Source: a virus (lineage: Duplodnaviria; Caudoviricetes). Taken from it: a stretch of 55,721 bases of DNA. The position numbers and the translations under genes are program-made. Location: positions 1 through 55,721 of the IMG/VR virus record IMGVR_UViG_3300038958_000005; one strand, written 5' to 3'. The stretch's first letter is position 1, and each line of letters starts with the position of its first letter. Of this stretch, positions 47,263-55,721 are shown piece after piece. The notes beneath the pieces were generated by a model that made no database searches, was not told where the DNA came from, and saw only the letters and a list, made by a program, of their open reading frames with translations.

Positions 47263-47682
47263 CTACGAACAGTCGATCAGCCAGGTACCGTCTACCTTCG
47301 TGAAGAGGCCGAACGTCGGCCCCGCTACCTTCGTATCGAGTAAGATGATGGCCTGACTTCCTGATGCATTGATGAAGACATCACGAACAGAGAATGCTTC
47401 ACTCCATGTATAACCGGAATCGCGAAGATACTTCGATGACATACGCATGGAGACACGTGCTGCATCCATATTACCACGGCAGTTCTCGGCCGTGAGTTGC
47501 CATACCCGGTCGTAGTTTCCCTCATCGAGTAGTGCGAGCTGATAACGGAATGCCTGCGCGACATCGTCGTATGGATCGTCAGTACTGTTTAATTGAGTAT
47601 ACAGATATGCTCCCAGTAGCAGGATCGCGCTCGCGATGAGCGCGAATCCGTGCCATGTGGAATCCAGCCTCGGTAATGACAT
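47263..47682 (-). CDS. membrane-anchored NTF2-like protein
   Basis: N-terminal TM; GNYDRVWQL and KVDGTWLID motifs. Confidence 0.6.
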   Translation of the reverse strand: MSLPRLDSTWHGFALIASAILLLGAYLYTQLNSTDDPYDDVAQAFRYQLALLDEGNYDRVWQLTAENCRGNMDAARVSMRMSSKYLRDSGYTWSEAFSVRDVFINASGSQAIILLDTKVAGPTFGLFTKVDGTWLIDCS

Positions 47683-47700
47683 CGGTACCCCCTGTAGTTT

Positions 47701-47802
47701 CTACTTCTTCTTATTCTTCTGCTTGCCACCGCCCTTCTTCTGAGGTTTCCGTTGCTCCGTAACGACTACGGTCTTCTTCTTGTTCTTTTTCTTCTTCGCC
47801 AT
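47701..47802 (-). CDS. 33-aa lysine-rich peptide
   Basis: manual translation MAKKKKNKKKTVVVTEQRKPQKKGGGKQKNKKK. Confidence 0.55.
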   Translation of the reverse strand: MAKKKKNKKKTVVVTEQRKPQKKGGGKQKNKKK

Positions 47803-47820
47803 TGCACGTTGATCCTGGAT

Positions 47821-48126
47821 TCAGTGCGGAGTGCCGACCGTCAGACTACCCAGACCGTAGACGGTGAGAGAGACGTGCAGGTCCGTCGGGAACGAGTAGA
47901 AGAGTCGAAGCTCTACTCCCAATACGCAGACGCTGATGCCCATGCACGCGAAGACGCCCCTCAGACCTGAACCACTCGATGCCCCGGCTGAGGTGTGCAC
48001 ATCAACACCGATCAGAGCGGAGAAACGTTGAGCAATGAAGTTCGAAAGACCGTACCATTGGAGTTCGAGAGAGACGCATCGCTTCACCAGCGATACCAGC
48101 GAACACAGAATACAGCGCTCTTTCAT
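47821..48126 (-). CDS. hypothetical protein
   Basis: GGAGGAG SD. Confidence 0.45.
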   Translation of the reverse strand: MKERCILCSLVSLVKRCVSLELQWYGLSNFIAQRFSALIGVDVHTSAGASSGSGLRGVFACMGISVCVLGVELRLFYSFPTDLHVSLTVYGLGSLTVGTPH

Positions 48127-48137
48127 GATGCTCCTCC

Positions 48138-50138
48138 CTATTTGTGGGCCTCGGCCCAGTTATGTCCCCATGCGACATCAACGCGCAAGGGCACATACGG
48201 TTCGAACGGTTGCTGAAGCTCCATGTGCTGCTTCAGCTTTTGACCGTACACCTCACTGTACCGCCTGTCTACCAGACAGACAAGTTCATCGTGTACCTGC
48301 AGGACGACTCGGCCCCAGGCGGACATTTCGGTATCTAGGCTGATCGAACGCATCGCCAGTTTCATGAGGTCCGCTGCTGTTCCCTGGATCACGTGGTTCA
48401 CGCATGCTCGTTCCGCTTCCTTACGCTTCTGTTCGTCTCGACTGTCGATATCCGGGAAGTATCGGGGGCGGCCGAAGACCGTTTCGCTGTATCCTAGTTG
48501 TCTTGTCTTCTCGATCGTATGATAGACCCAACTCCAGTACGTACTGTACAGGCGCTTATGCGCTTTGAGGAATTCCATGCACTCTTCCCGACTCGGTACC
48601 GGAATACCGGCAGCCATATTGCTCAATGCGAGTTTCTCAAGTTGTTCGCGGAGAAGTTCATGCTGACCGCCATAATTGCTAAGGTAGTTAACCATTTTAG
48701 CGATGACTCGCATCGTCGATTCCTTTGGGATTTCCTGCCACGGAATCCCGTAGATAGCAGACGCCGTGATGCGATGCAGGTCCCAATCGTTTCGTATCGC
48801 TTCGCAAAGTTTCGGATCACGGCTGACGAATGCTGCAATCGTGAGTTCCAGCTGGGACATATCGCCGCTCACGATTACCGTGTCCGGATCGGCGATGAAA
48901 AGATGACGGAATTTCTGCGTGACCTGTTGTAGATTGGGCGAACGGCTGGATAGGCGTCCGGATACGACTGTCGTATTCGTGAATTCGGTATGCAACCTGC
49001 CGTCCTTCTCTGACAGCGTGATCCATTGCTTCAGGAATCCGGTGTCCTTGGACAGCCGGGAACGGATGATGAACAACGGCACGATTGGATGTTTGTCTCG
49101 AAGCTGGAGAAGCGCGAGAGAATCGGTAGAGCCAGGCCCTTGCTCATCCTCGACTTCCCATTCTTTCTTGCCGCCAGCGAAGCGTTTCTTGGGAAGCTTC
49201 AGGACATCGTACAGGAGTCTTTCCTTCTGCTGCCATGAAGCAGGATTGAACGGTACGGGTACAGGTGGTAGACGGCCCGCTCCCGAACAGCGCTCGCACG
49301 AGACACGCTTGTTCTTACCGTTGCGGCAGGAAGGACATACCGGATACCAGATCGTACCATTGCGTTTCTCGTATTCGCGATAACCCAGACGTTCCGCCTG
49401 TTCCACGATGATTCGGTCGATCGCTTCCAGACCACGCTGGTATTCTTCCAGCATCGGATACGCCCGATTCCGGTCGAACCTGATACCGGTCAGCGTCATT
49501 TCGGCGAGCATTGGTACGACCGGAAGTTCGATTTCAGAATAGATGCGCAACGCTTTCGGGTTGCTGTCAGCTAGCTCCGAGCGCATGATCCGTTCCAGGC
49601 GCACGACCTGTTCGGCATCCTGAGAAGCGCAGTACCGGGCCACTTCTTCCAGAGGTACTTCGCCGATATGCCTTGCCCTGTATGTGCGCAGGAGTTCCGT
49701 ATATTCCAGCGTGTCGATCCGAAGGTAGCGTTGCAGCAACGGTTTCAATGATGCTTCCGGTTCACCTAGAAGGTAGGCGAGAATTCGCGGATCGCCAGCG
49801 AGTGGACCCGGCGGTCCTAACCGGTACCGCAACAGATAGGTGAGATCGAACAACGCGTTGTGCGCATACCAGGGACGATTCCGTATCAACGAAGAGACGC
49901 GCTGCAGTAACGATTCCGTTTCCGGTATCTCCGGGTAGACGCGAACGTAGACGGTAATCGGCGTATCGCCTTCTGGTGGATAGAACGATAGACCGATACC
50001 GGCGAGAAGGTCGATCCAGGGTCGTGGTTGTTTTCTGTTACTATCGATGGGAATACTCTCGATGTCGATGCCCACGACCCAGTCTTCAGGAATATCCGGT
50101 AGATCGTCCGGTCGATCGGCAATGATGCAGTTCATCAT
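48138..50138 (-). CDS. polA: family A DNA polymerase with 3'-5' exonuclease
   Basis: ExoI DIE, ExoII HNALFDL, ExoIII YC..D; GRLSS..PNLQ, motif A DMSQLEL, motif B R..AK..NY, motif C VHDEL. Confidence 0.95.
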   Translation of the reverse strand: MMNCIIADRPDDLPDIPEDWVVGIDIESIPIDSNRKQPRPWIDLLAGIGLSFYPPEGDTPITVYVRVYPEIPETESLLQRVSSLIRNRPWYAHNALFDLTYLLRYRLGPPGPLAGDPRILAYLLGEPEASLKPLLQRYLRIDTLEYTELLRTYRARHIGEVPLEEVARYCASQDAEQVVRLERIMRSELADSNPKALRIYSEIELPVVPMLAEMTLTGIRFDRNRAYPMLEEYQRGLEAIDRIIVEQAERLGYREYEKRNGTIWYPVCPSCRNGKNKRVSCERCSGAGRLPPVPVPFNPASWQQKERLLYDVLKLPKKRFAGGKKEWEVEDEQGPGSTDSLALLQLRDKHPIVPLFIIRSRLSKDTGFLKQWITLSEKDGRLHTEFTNTTVVSGRLSSRSPNLQQVTQKFRHLFIADPDTVIVSGDMSQLELTIAAFVSRDPKLCEAIRNDWDLHRITASAIYGIPWQEIPKESTMRVIAKMVNYLSNYGGQHELLREQLEKLALSNMAAGIPVPSREECMEFLKAHKRLYSTYWSWVYHTIEKTRQLGYSETVFGRPRYFPDIDSRDEQKRKEAERACVNHVIQGTAADLMKLAMRSISLDTEMSAWGRVVLQVHDELVCLVDRRYSEVYGQKLKQHMELQQPFEPYVPLRVDVAWGHNWAEAHK

Positions 50139-50683
50139 GATGACGTATGCGCCTGACCACTATACCTGATTGCTCGCGCCAGTGACCTGTCGATGGCTTC
50201 TATGATCTGCTCTGATGAACCGCGCAGTGCAGCACTCGGATGATAGGAACCAACGACCCAGAAGTGATGGAATCGGACATCTTGCGCGGCGAGAATCCGC
50301 ACCGGTATCTGTTCTGTTCCCGGACGGAAGAACGTGAGCGCAGTCCGTCCCAGCGCTACCACAACACGCAGCGAAGGAAGCCGGTAGAGTTCCGTGAGCA
50401 AGTGGATATAGGGACACGGAGAACCGGCCGCTAATGCAATACGATTATCGGGCGGACGACAATGATACGTATTGGTGATCCATAGGTCATCGGGCGATAG
50501 GCCAGATGACAAGATTCGTTCGCGCAGAAGCTGCCCGGCCCTGCCGATGAACGGAACGCCGATACGGTCCTCATCAGCACCGGGCGCTTCTCCCACCAGC
50601 GCGATTCGCGCATTCACGTTTCCCGTACCGTGCACGACTTGCGTGCAGGTAGCGCGTAGATGGCAGAGATGACAGTCACCCAT
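50135..50683 (-). CDS. udg: uracil-DNA glycosylase family 4
   Basis: C..C.L, VGEAPG..E, PFIG.AG, C.PP.NR, YHPS. Confidence 0.9.
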   Translation of the reverse strand: MGDCHLCHLRATCTQVVHGTGNVNARIALVGEAPGADEDRIGVPFIGRAGQLLRERILSSGLSPDDLWITNTYHCRPPDNRIALAAGSPCPYIHLLTELYRLPSLRVVVALGRTALTFFRPGTEQIPVRILAAQDVRFHHFWVVGSYHPSAALRGSSEQIIEAIDRSLARAIRYSGQAHTSS

Positions 50684-50700
50684 CCGCAGTTCATCTAGTT

Positions 50701-50756
50701 ACGATGCACGATGCACGATGCACGATGCACGATGCACGATGCACGATGCACTATGT
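50701..50756. repeat. heptamer tandem repeat (ACGATGC) x7 plus one degenerate unit
   Basis: read directly. Confidence 0.95.
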
Positions 50757-51218
50757 ACTGGCTCCCGACCAGTCACCTAGTTGCTGCAGATACGTCTGGA
50801 TTTCGGATACGTTCATGGCCTTATCCGGGCCTTCAGAGTTGATCGTTTCTAATCGTACCGGGATTCCGTTCTCGTGTTCCCAGATGACGGTAAAGACCTG
50901 AATCAACAGCGTTCTCGCTCCCTTGTACGATTCGGCGTTGATGACGGAGTCGATGTACCACGCTTCATCATAATCGAGAGGAAGGGTTAACCATTCGAGT
51001 TCTGGCTCCTGTTCGAATCGGCAGAGAAGCGCATTGACCTTCGAGCGAAGGCGTAGTGCTGTGTGTTCACCGGCTTCTACCGGAAAGCTCACCGGCTTCA
51101 TCGTTTGTGGGTCCATCATGAATGTGTTGTACTTGATGGCCTTCTGGATTGCCCATAGGTCGATACGGTCTACGATGACAGTCTTGGGTTCCCGTACTGA
51201 CAGGCGGTTCTCTGACAT
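50751..51218 (-). CDS. hypothetical protein
   Basis: GGAGG SD. Confidence 0.65.
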   Translation of the reverse strand: MSENRLSVREPKTVIVDRIDLWAIQKAIKYNTFMMDPQTMKPVSFPVEAGEHTALRLRSKVNALLCRFEQEPELEWLTLPLDYDEAWYIDSVINAESYKGARTLLIQVFTVIWEHENGIPVRLETINSEGPDKAMNVSEIQTYLQQLGDWSGAST

Positions 51219-51246
51219 TGTGTACGATCCCTCCTGATCTATTGTA

Positions 51247-52329
51247 CTACGACCAGAGGAACCCAGAATATCCGGTAAGCGATGCTGAAGAATACGGGTA
51301 GCTGCGTGTTTGCTTCATACAGGGGCCGCCGAGACGTTCGGTCCAGACCACGAAGTACCTGCCTTTCGCGTATGAGTATCTTGGGTCTTCCTGCATCCAG
51401 TCTCTCACCACATGATTCCATTCAATGCACATCTTGTACTTGAGGTGAAACGGAAGATAGATGAGTGGAGCCGGGATGAGGCTCTTCGCGTCCTTAAATA
51501 ACTCGGCGACTTTTCGGCGGCCTTCAGGTGATTCGTCACCTTGCTGGGACAGTGCGTTGTTCGCTTCCCGGTCCATCTGCCACTGGAATCCAGCGACTCT
51601 ACGTTCGATAGATTCTTCGGTCATCGTGCGACAGAACAGACAATCATCCTCGATTACGAACGGTTCTTCCCAGTCGCCGACGATCTCCACGGTATTGTCC
51701 CTCTTGTATCCGTCGTCGTCGATGAACGTACGGCCCATCTGGCTCACTCTCACCTTCTTGCCGATCAGCGCACCGGCGTAGACCTGGGCGACACGCGCGT
51801 ATTCGTCGACGAGAGGAATCGGCAATTCGGTGTGAAAGCGAAGGATGAAGACGTTGACGAAGACGTGAGGATGCGGCGAATCCTCTGGCGACGTGAGCTT
51901 GAAGTTCCGGTCGTTCGCTGCAGGTAGCGAAGGGGATACGCCTGCCAAAGGCGGGTAGAAGTTGGAGTCATGGATATTGGATTCTGAATGGTATTCCAGT
52001 TTGCCGAACGAGATGAAGGGACGGATACGCGGGTCCTGCGCGATGCCGTGGTCATCGAGCCACCTGATGGCTGCCTGACGCAGGTCCCAGTCGATGACCA
52101 GATCACTAGAGTCTTCCAGATGTTTCGATGCGATCGCTATGACGCGTCCATGTGGTCCGATACCTACGATAATGTTGCGATCAATTCCGCCGGGGTATGT
52201 ACTCGTGAATTCAGAAAACTCGCCGTTCTCCAGATCATGCAGCGTTCTGCAGACCTGACACTCTGCCATTGTACCGTCTCCATCCATGGCTTCTGCATCC
52301 ACGGTTCCCATTACGGGAGTGAACGCCAT
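51247..52329 (-). CDS. hypothetical protein
   Basis: 360-aa ORF, no motif recognised. Confidence 0.65.
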   Translation of the reverse strand: MAFTPVMGTVDAEAMDGDGTMAECQVCRTLHDLENGEFSEFTSTYPGGIDRNIIVGIGPHGRVIAIASKHLEDSSDLVIDWDLRQAAIRWLDDHGIAQDPRIRPFISFGKLEYHSESNIHDSNFYPPLAGVSPSLPAANDRNFKLTSPEDSPHPHVFVNVFILRFHTELPIPLVDEYARVAQVYAGALIGKKVRVSQMGRTFIDDDGYKRDNTVEIVGDWEEPFVIEDDCLFCRTMTEESIERRVAGFQWQMDREANNALSQQGDESPEGRRKVAELFKDAKSLIPAPLIYLPFHLKYKMCIEWNHVVRDWMQEDPRYSYAKGRYFVVWTERLGGPCMKQTRSYPYSSASLTGYSGFLWS

Positions 52330-52460
52330 GTACTCTTCTGGGTCTGGTCAGGACAGAGTCGCTCCGGCCAGTAGAACCGGTCCGGGTCTTCCTTTACCGG
52401 CCGTTCCGTTTCCGGTCCTGGAACGTTCGTCTTCACCGGGGTTTCAGTTGGAGCGGGCAT
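52311..52460 (-). CDS. small Pro-rich protein
   Basis: AAGGAG SD before MPAPTETP. Confidence 0.5.
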   Translation of the reverse strand: MPAPTETPVKTNVPGPETERPVKEDPDRFYWPERLCPDQTQKSTWRSLP

Positions 52461-52492
52461 GATGGCTACTCCTTTGCTGGACTGCGCACTCA

Positions 52493-53236
52493 TTATATCA
52501 GATACCGGCGATAGGCTCTGGAACCGATCGTCTTCAGTAACCTTTTGCGACCTACTGTTGTACTACCGCCGCCACCGCCGCCACCGCCGCCACCACCGCC
52601 ACCGGCGGCCGGTTTTACAGCCAGTGTCGTTAGCAAATGTTTGTTTCCGGCTGACCAGGAAGAGCTGAACGCAAATGATCCTGGGTCTTCACTGGTAGCT
52701 CTCAGGTTTCTGAACACCAATCGCTGCATCCATGAGTTGACACCATTGGTGATTGTTGAAGGACTACCATAGTTAGGAGGATCACTCACCGCGGTAATGG
52801 CAGCTGAAGAAACAAGTCCTGCTGATCCTATCCATAGATAATCATCTTCACCTCCAGAAGGCGTATGTGCAGGCAAGTTCCAGTCAGAAATAACTCCTAC
52901 CAATACCAAGGGAGTTCCTGATATTGCAGTTGCATTACTAATACGCAGTGCATGATTTACCGATCCAACATTAAAGTTAGCTGTTACTGTAACCGAACTT
53001 CCCTCAGTACCATCTGCAATCCGATACATACAGTACCCGTAACTGTTATACGTACTATCAGTGATTACTCTTGTCCATCCGCTTGGAATCGTAATTGTTA
53101 AGGTGTTGTCTGTACCCGCTCTTCCCATTACCAGTAATAGTTCACCGGACTGAATACCAGCAGGTAAATTAACAACCCAGGTAGCAGTATTTCCAACAGC
53201 GGTGGTTACGATGCTTTGAACTACGGGAAATGCCAT
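52493..53236 (-). CDS. virion/adhesin-like beta protein with 13-Gly linker and basic tail
   Basis: LPAGIQSGELLL, PSGWT, YRIADGTE motifs typical of phage minor tail domains; AT-rich. Confidence 0.6.
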   Translation of the reverse strand: MAFPVVQSIVTTAVGNTATWVVNLPAGIQSGELLLVMGRAGTDNTLTITIPSGWTRVITDSTYNSYGYCMYRIADGTEGSSVTVTANFNVGSVNHALRISNATAISGTPLVLVGVISDWNLPAHTPSGGEDDYLWIGSAGLVSSAAITAVSDPPNYGSPSTITNGVNSWMQRLVFRNLRATSEDPGSFAFSSSWSAGNKHLLTTLAVKPAAGGGGGGGGGGGGGSTTVGRKRLLKTIGSRAYRRYLI

Positions 53237-53264
53237 CGTCTCTTTTCCCTAACCCGCCTCTGTT

Positions 53265-53606
53265 CTATACGAGGGCAAAGATCAGAACCACATCTCTCTG
53301 CTGCACCTGGTTCACGGGAGCCGAAGAAGTGCCCGAACGCACCTTCAACTGCTTGCTTCCAGCAATTCCCAGTTCGCTCACCAGTACGTACTTCCCGGCC
53401 GATACCGTGAGCGCCACTTCGGTTCCCGCCTTGTCCGTCACGACCCGGTCCACGTTGTCATACCCGACCGCAACGAACGTCATCGACGCGGCAGTCCAGT
53501 CGCTCGGCATCTGCACTGCGACCAGCGTGAGTTCGCTAGAATCTATAGCATTGGAGAGTGACCCACCAGCAGAGATTGTTGCAGTACGAATCACGAACAT
53601 CGGCAT
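53265..53606 (-). CDS. small beta-sandwich virion-like protein
   Basis: ATISAG.SLS..ID, MPSDWTAA, LKVRSGT; GAGGAG SD. Confidence 0.6.
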   Translation of the reverse strand: MPMFVIRTATISAGGSLSNAIDSSELTLVAVQMPSDWTAASMTFVAVGYDNVDRVVTDKAGTEVALTVSAGKYVLVSELGIAGSKQLKVRSGTSSAPVNQVQQRDVVLIFALV

Positions 53607-53614
53607 ACTCCTCG

Positions 53615-53776
53615 TCAGTCTGCTTCAAGTATATACTTAAACTCATAGTCGAAGTCCTGAAGGAATCTCCTTTGATCTTCAGTCAGTCTCGCCCATCGCT
53701 CATCCGCCGTCGTCTTCTGCAGATAGCGGTCCAGAAGCGCATCGGTATCGAGCTTCTTGCCGATCTCCTTATCCAT
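53615..53776 (-). CDS. hypothetical protein
   Basis: fills gap in the gene run. Confidence 0.5.
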   Translation of the reverse strand: MDKEIGKKLDTDALLDRYLQKTTADERWARLTEDQRRFLQDFDYEFKYILEAD

Positions 53777-53789
53777 CTTCACTCTTCCG

Positions 53790-54242
53790 TTAGATGATGC
53801 TGAACCCGGCATTGTTCCCACCTTCTTCCACCATGATCGTTTCGCTGCCCTCGTTGATGCTGTTGTAGATTTTTATCAACAATTCCCGCTCCCTCTTGGT
53901 GCGCGGAATCTGCTTCGTCAGCACATAGAGCAGCGCGTAGAGGAGCGAGAGTGCACCGGATGCAGTGAGCCACATGACGTTCAGGTCTTCCGGCTGGACG
54001 TTCTCTTTTTCTGCGGGCCCGGCGATGAGCGAAACCCCATTCAGGATCGCATTCCCCGGTGCATAGACGATGATCTCCACCGGCTTCCCATTATCGACGC
54101 ACGGTCCCGAATGCTGACCGGAACACTTGGGGGTACCATCAGGATATACCGCCTCTAGGTCTTCCTGATGCTCCCGCCGTTCCCGCTGTTCCTGCTGTGC
54201 ATACTCCTGCTGTGCGTCTTCCTGCTGCCCGTACTCGTTCAT
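53790..54242 (-). CDS. hypothetical protein
   Basis: ATGA overlap; AAGG SD. Confidence 0.6.
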   Translation of the reverse strand: MNEYGQQEDAQQEYAQQEQRERREHQEDLEAVYPDGTPKCSGQHSGPCVDNGKPVEIIVYAPGNAILNGVSLIAGPAEKENVQPEDLNVMWLTASGALSLLYALLYVLTKQIPRTKRERELLIKIYNSINEGSETIMVEEGGNNAGFSII

Positions 54243-54652
54243 GAACGTTCCTTTCTCGCTGCCGGTACCACTGCCACCCTGGCCGGCAATCGGTCATTGA
54301 CCGTTACGATGAACGGCTCCAACACCCTGAACACTTCTTCCTTCTGCAGTATATCCGGCGGGATTCGATCCAGGTTACGAAAAGCCGGAACGAATATCTT
54401 CCACGTGTATTCCGGTATCGTATCCTCGACGATCGAGAACGCTTCCTCTGCCCGATTCTGGTCGAACCTTACCGGATGTGACGGTCGAGGGAAGGATACG
54501 GTGATGCGATATCCATTCTTCTCGAATTCGGCCGGTTCGTTAACGATCGACAGCAGGGCATTCCGCGCTTCCTCACGTAGCTTCGCCGCCTGCTTTTCTA
54601 GCGTATCGGCCCGGATGAGCGTGTCCAGAATTTCGTCAAGCTTCTTATCCAT
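54239..54652 (-). CDS. hypothetical protein
   Basis: coiled-coil N-terminus; SD present. Confidence 0.6.
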   Translation of the reverse strand: MDKKLDEILDTLIRADTLEKQAAKLREEARNALLSIVNEPAEFEKNGYRITVSFPRPSHPVRFDQNRAEEAFSIVEDTIPEYTWKIFVPAFRNLDRIPPDILQKEEVFRVLEPFIVTVNDRLPARVAVVPAARKERS

Positions 54653-54663
54653 TTCCTATCTCC

Positions 54664-54975
54664 TCAGGTAGTGTTTGGCATCATCAGCCAGTAGCGTAGC
54701 AGCTTACCTCTAGCGGCCTGCTTATCTGTGAAGAGCATAATGAACGTACACGGAACGAGGCGGATGCAGAACAGGAACGAGAATCCTAGCAACAGGAACA
54801 CTACTCCATTGCCGAGAATGTAGAATTCCACGCGAGCACAGGGATGTTCCGACAGATCGATCCACAGTCCGAATTTCAGGAATCGAGAACGAAACTGACG
54901 TATCGCCTGTCTCCAGTGGTGAAGAAAGCCTTCGACAACGAATGTGCGCTCCAATTTCCTGATGGTAAGCTTCAC
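54664..54975 (-). CDS. hypothetical protein
   Basis: GGGAG SD; fills gap. Confidence 0.45.
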   Translation of the reverse strand: MKLTIRKLERTFVVEGFLHHWRQAIRQFRSRFLKFGLWIDLSEHPCARVEFYILGNGVVFLLLGFSFLFCIRLVPCTFIMLFTDKQAARGKLLRYWLMMPNTT

Positions 54976-54994
54976 TGTCTTATCTCCCTTCGAT

Positions 54995-55336
54995 CTATAG
55001 ATTGCCGCTTCTCAATTCGAGTACTATATCTTCGTTGACATACACCATCCTCGCTCTCTCAATCCTATCGGCCAGTGACGGCGAAATCGTCACGACCTCT
55101 TCGAACAGGTTGATATCCGATCGAGATAGAAGACGACGACCGCAACTGATGCAGAAGATCGTTCCATCTCTATCGATACCCCCTGATCCACACAACGGGC
55201 ACACCATTCCAAATTCCAGCATGGTGAAGACATCATCTAATGCCTGATTCTTCGTGATCTCATTGTGTATTAGCCATCGACCGATTGGTTGTTCATCATC
55301 TACAGTTGTTAACGTGATAAGTCTGGCGGTGTTCAT
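54995..55336 (-). CDS. Zn-ribbon protein
   Basis: CPLCG...CISCG. Confidence 0.65.
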   Translation of the reverse strand: MNTARLITLTTVDDEQPIGRWLIHNEITKNQALDDVFTMLEFGMVCPLCGSGGIDRDGTIFCISCGRRLLSRSDINLFEEVVTISPSLADRIERARMVYVNEDIVLELRSGNL

Positions 55337-55357
55337 CTCGAATCTCCGTTTCCTCAG

Positions 55358-55432
55358 TGGTGGGCCCGGCAGGATTCGAACCTGCGACCGATCGGTTATG
55401 AGCCGACTGCTCTGCCCCTGAGCTACGGGCCC
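55358..55432 (-). tRNA. tRNA with CAT anticodon, probably tRNA-Ile2 (elongator Met not excluded)
   Basis: GGGCCCG acceptor stem, GCTC/GAGC D arm, GTCGG-CTCATAA-CCGAT, GGTTCGAATCC T loop, encoded ACCA; no C1 mismatch, so not initiator. Confidence 0.9.
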
Positions 55433-55436
55433 CTGA

Positions 55437-55661
55437 TTACTTCACGCGAACGTACGCTTCATTGCGCATCCTGCCCGTAATGAAACCCATGACGACTGCG
55501 CCACTCGTCAGGTCTTCACTTTCTGGATGAATAACGATCTTGGCCGCATCGGGAATTGATGGACTGTATGGAAGGTTCATCGACTTCGAACGCCAATATA
55601 CCATTTTCATCCATCCGCCCAACGATCGTTGTTTGACGAAGGATGAGGGCTTGACAACCAT
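55437..55661 (-). CDS. orphan small-protein array member (ends VRVK)
   Basis: MVYWRS and C-terminal YVRVK as in the 1.3-5.4 kb array. Confidence 0.65.
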   Translation of the reverse strand: MVVKPSSFVKQRSLGGWMKMVYWRSKSMNLPYSPSIPDAAKIVIHPESEDLTSGAVVMGFITGRMRNEAYVRVK

Positions 55662-55721
55662 CCTCGCGCTACGCGGCCCCGGAGACTCCAGAAGTGCCCG
55701 CGCCCGCGCCCCGCGCCCGCG

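Noticed and set aside
10592-55247. Numerous plus-strand ORFs (e.g. 17261..18061, 28341..29168, 30983..32035)
   Set aside because: Antisense shadows of well-supported minus-strand genes.
55358-55432. tRNA as a prophage attachment site
   Set aside because: No integrase, no duplicated tRNA 3' end and no host genes in the window.

Overview
This window looks like a complete or near-complete ~55.7 kb tailed-phage genome with podovirus-like gene content. All credible genes except one lie on the minus strand. Reading the minus strand from ~8.2 kb and wrapping from position 1 to 55721, the order is as follows. (i) A compositionally distinct early arm with a HExxH-metallopeptidase/vWA gene, a MoxR-type AAA+ ATPase and an array of 16 small divergent paralogues that all end in a hydrophobic-(R/K)-hydrophobic-K C-terminus (one variant); a 17th copy sits at the far end of the window. 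(ii) A tRNA(CAU) and a replication/recombination block: family-4 UDG, PolA, DinG-like helicase, Cas4-like nuclease, ATPase, ERCC4 nuclease and a metallophosphoesterase. (iii) Lysis and nucleotide genes. (iv) TerS, TerL, portal, internal/polyvalent proteins, scaffold, major capsid and tail genes. A repeat-rich non-coding region at ~8.2-9.9 kb is the likely genome-terminus/origin region. The strongest novelty candidate is the C-terminally tagged small-protein array next to the MoxR/vWA-peptidase pair. A second is a structured intergenic RNA candidate whose loop is complementary to the unusual GGGGG(U) Shine-Dalgarno sequence used by that early arm. No integrase, CRISPR array, reverse transcriptase, RNA polymerase or recognisable primase was seen. 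All calls come from motifs read by eye; no searches were run.
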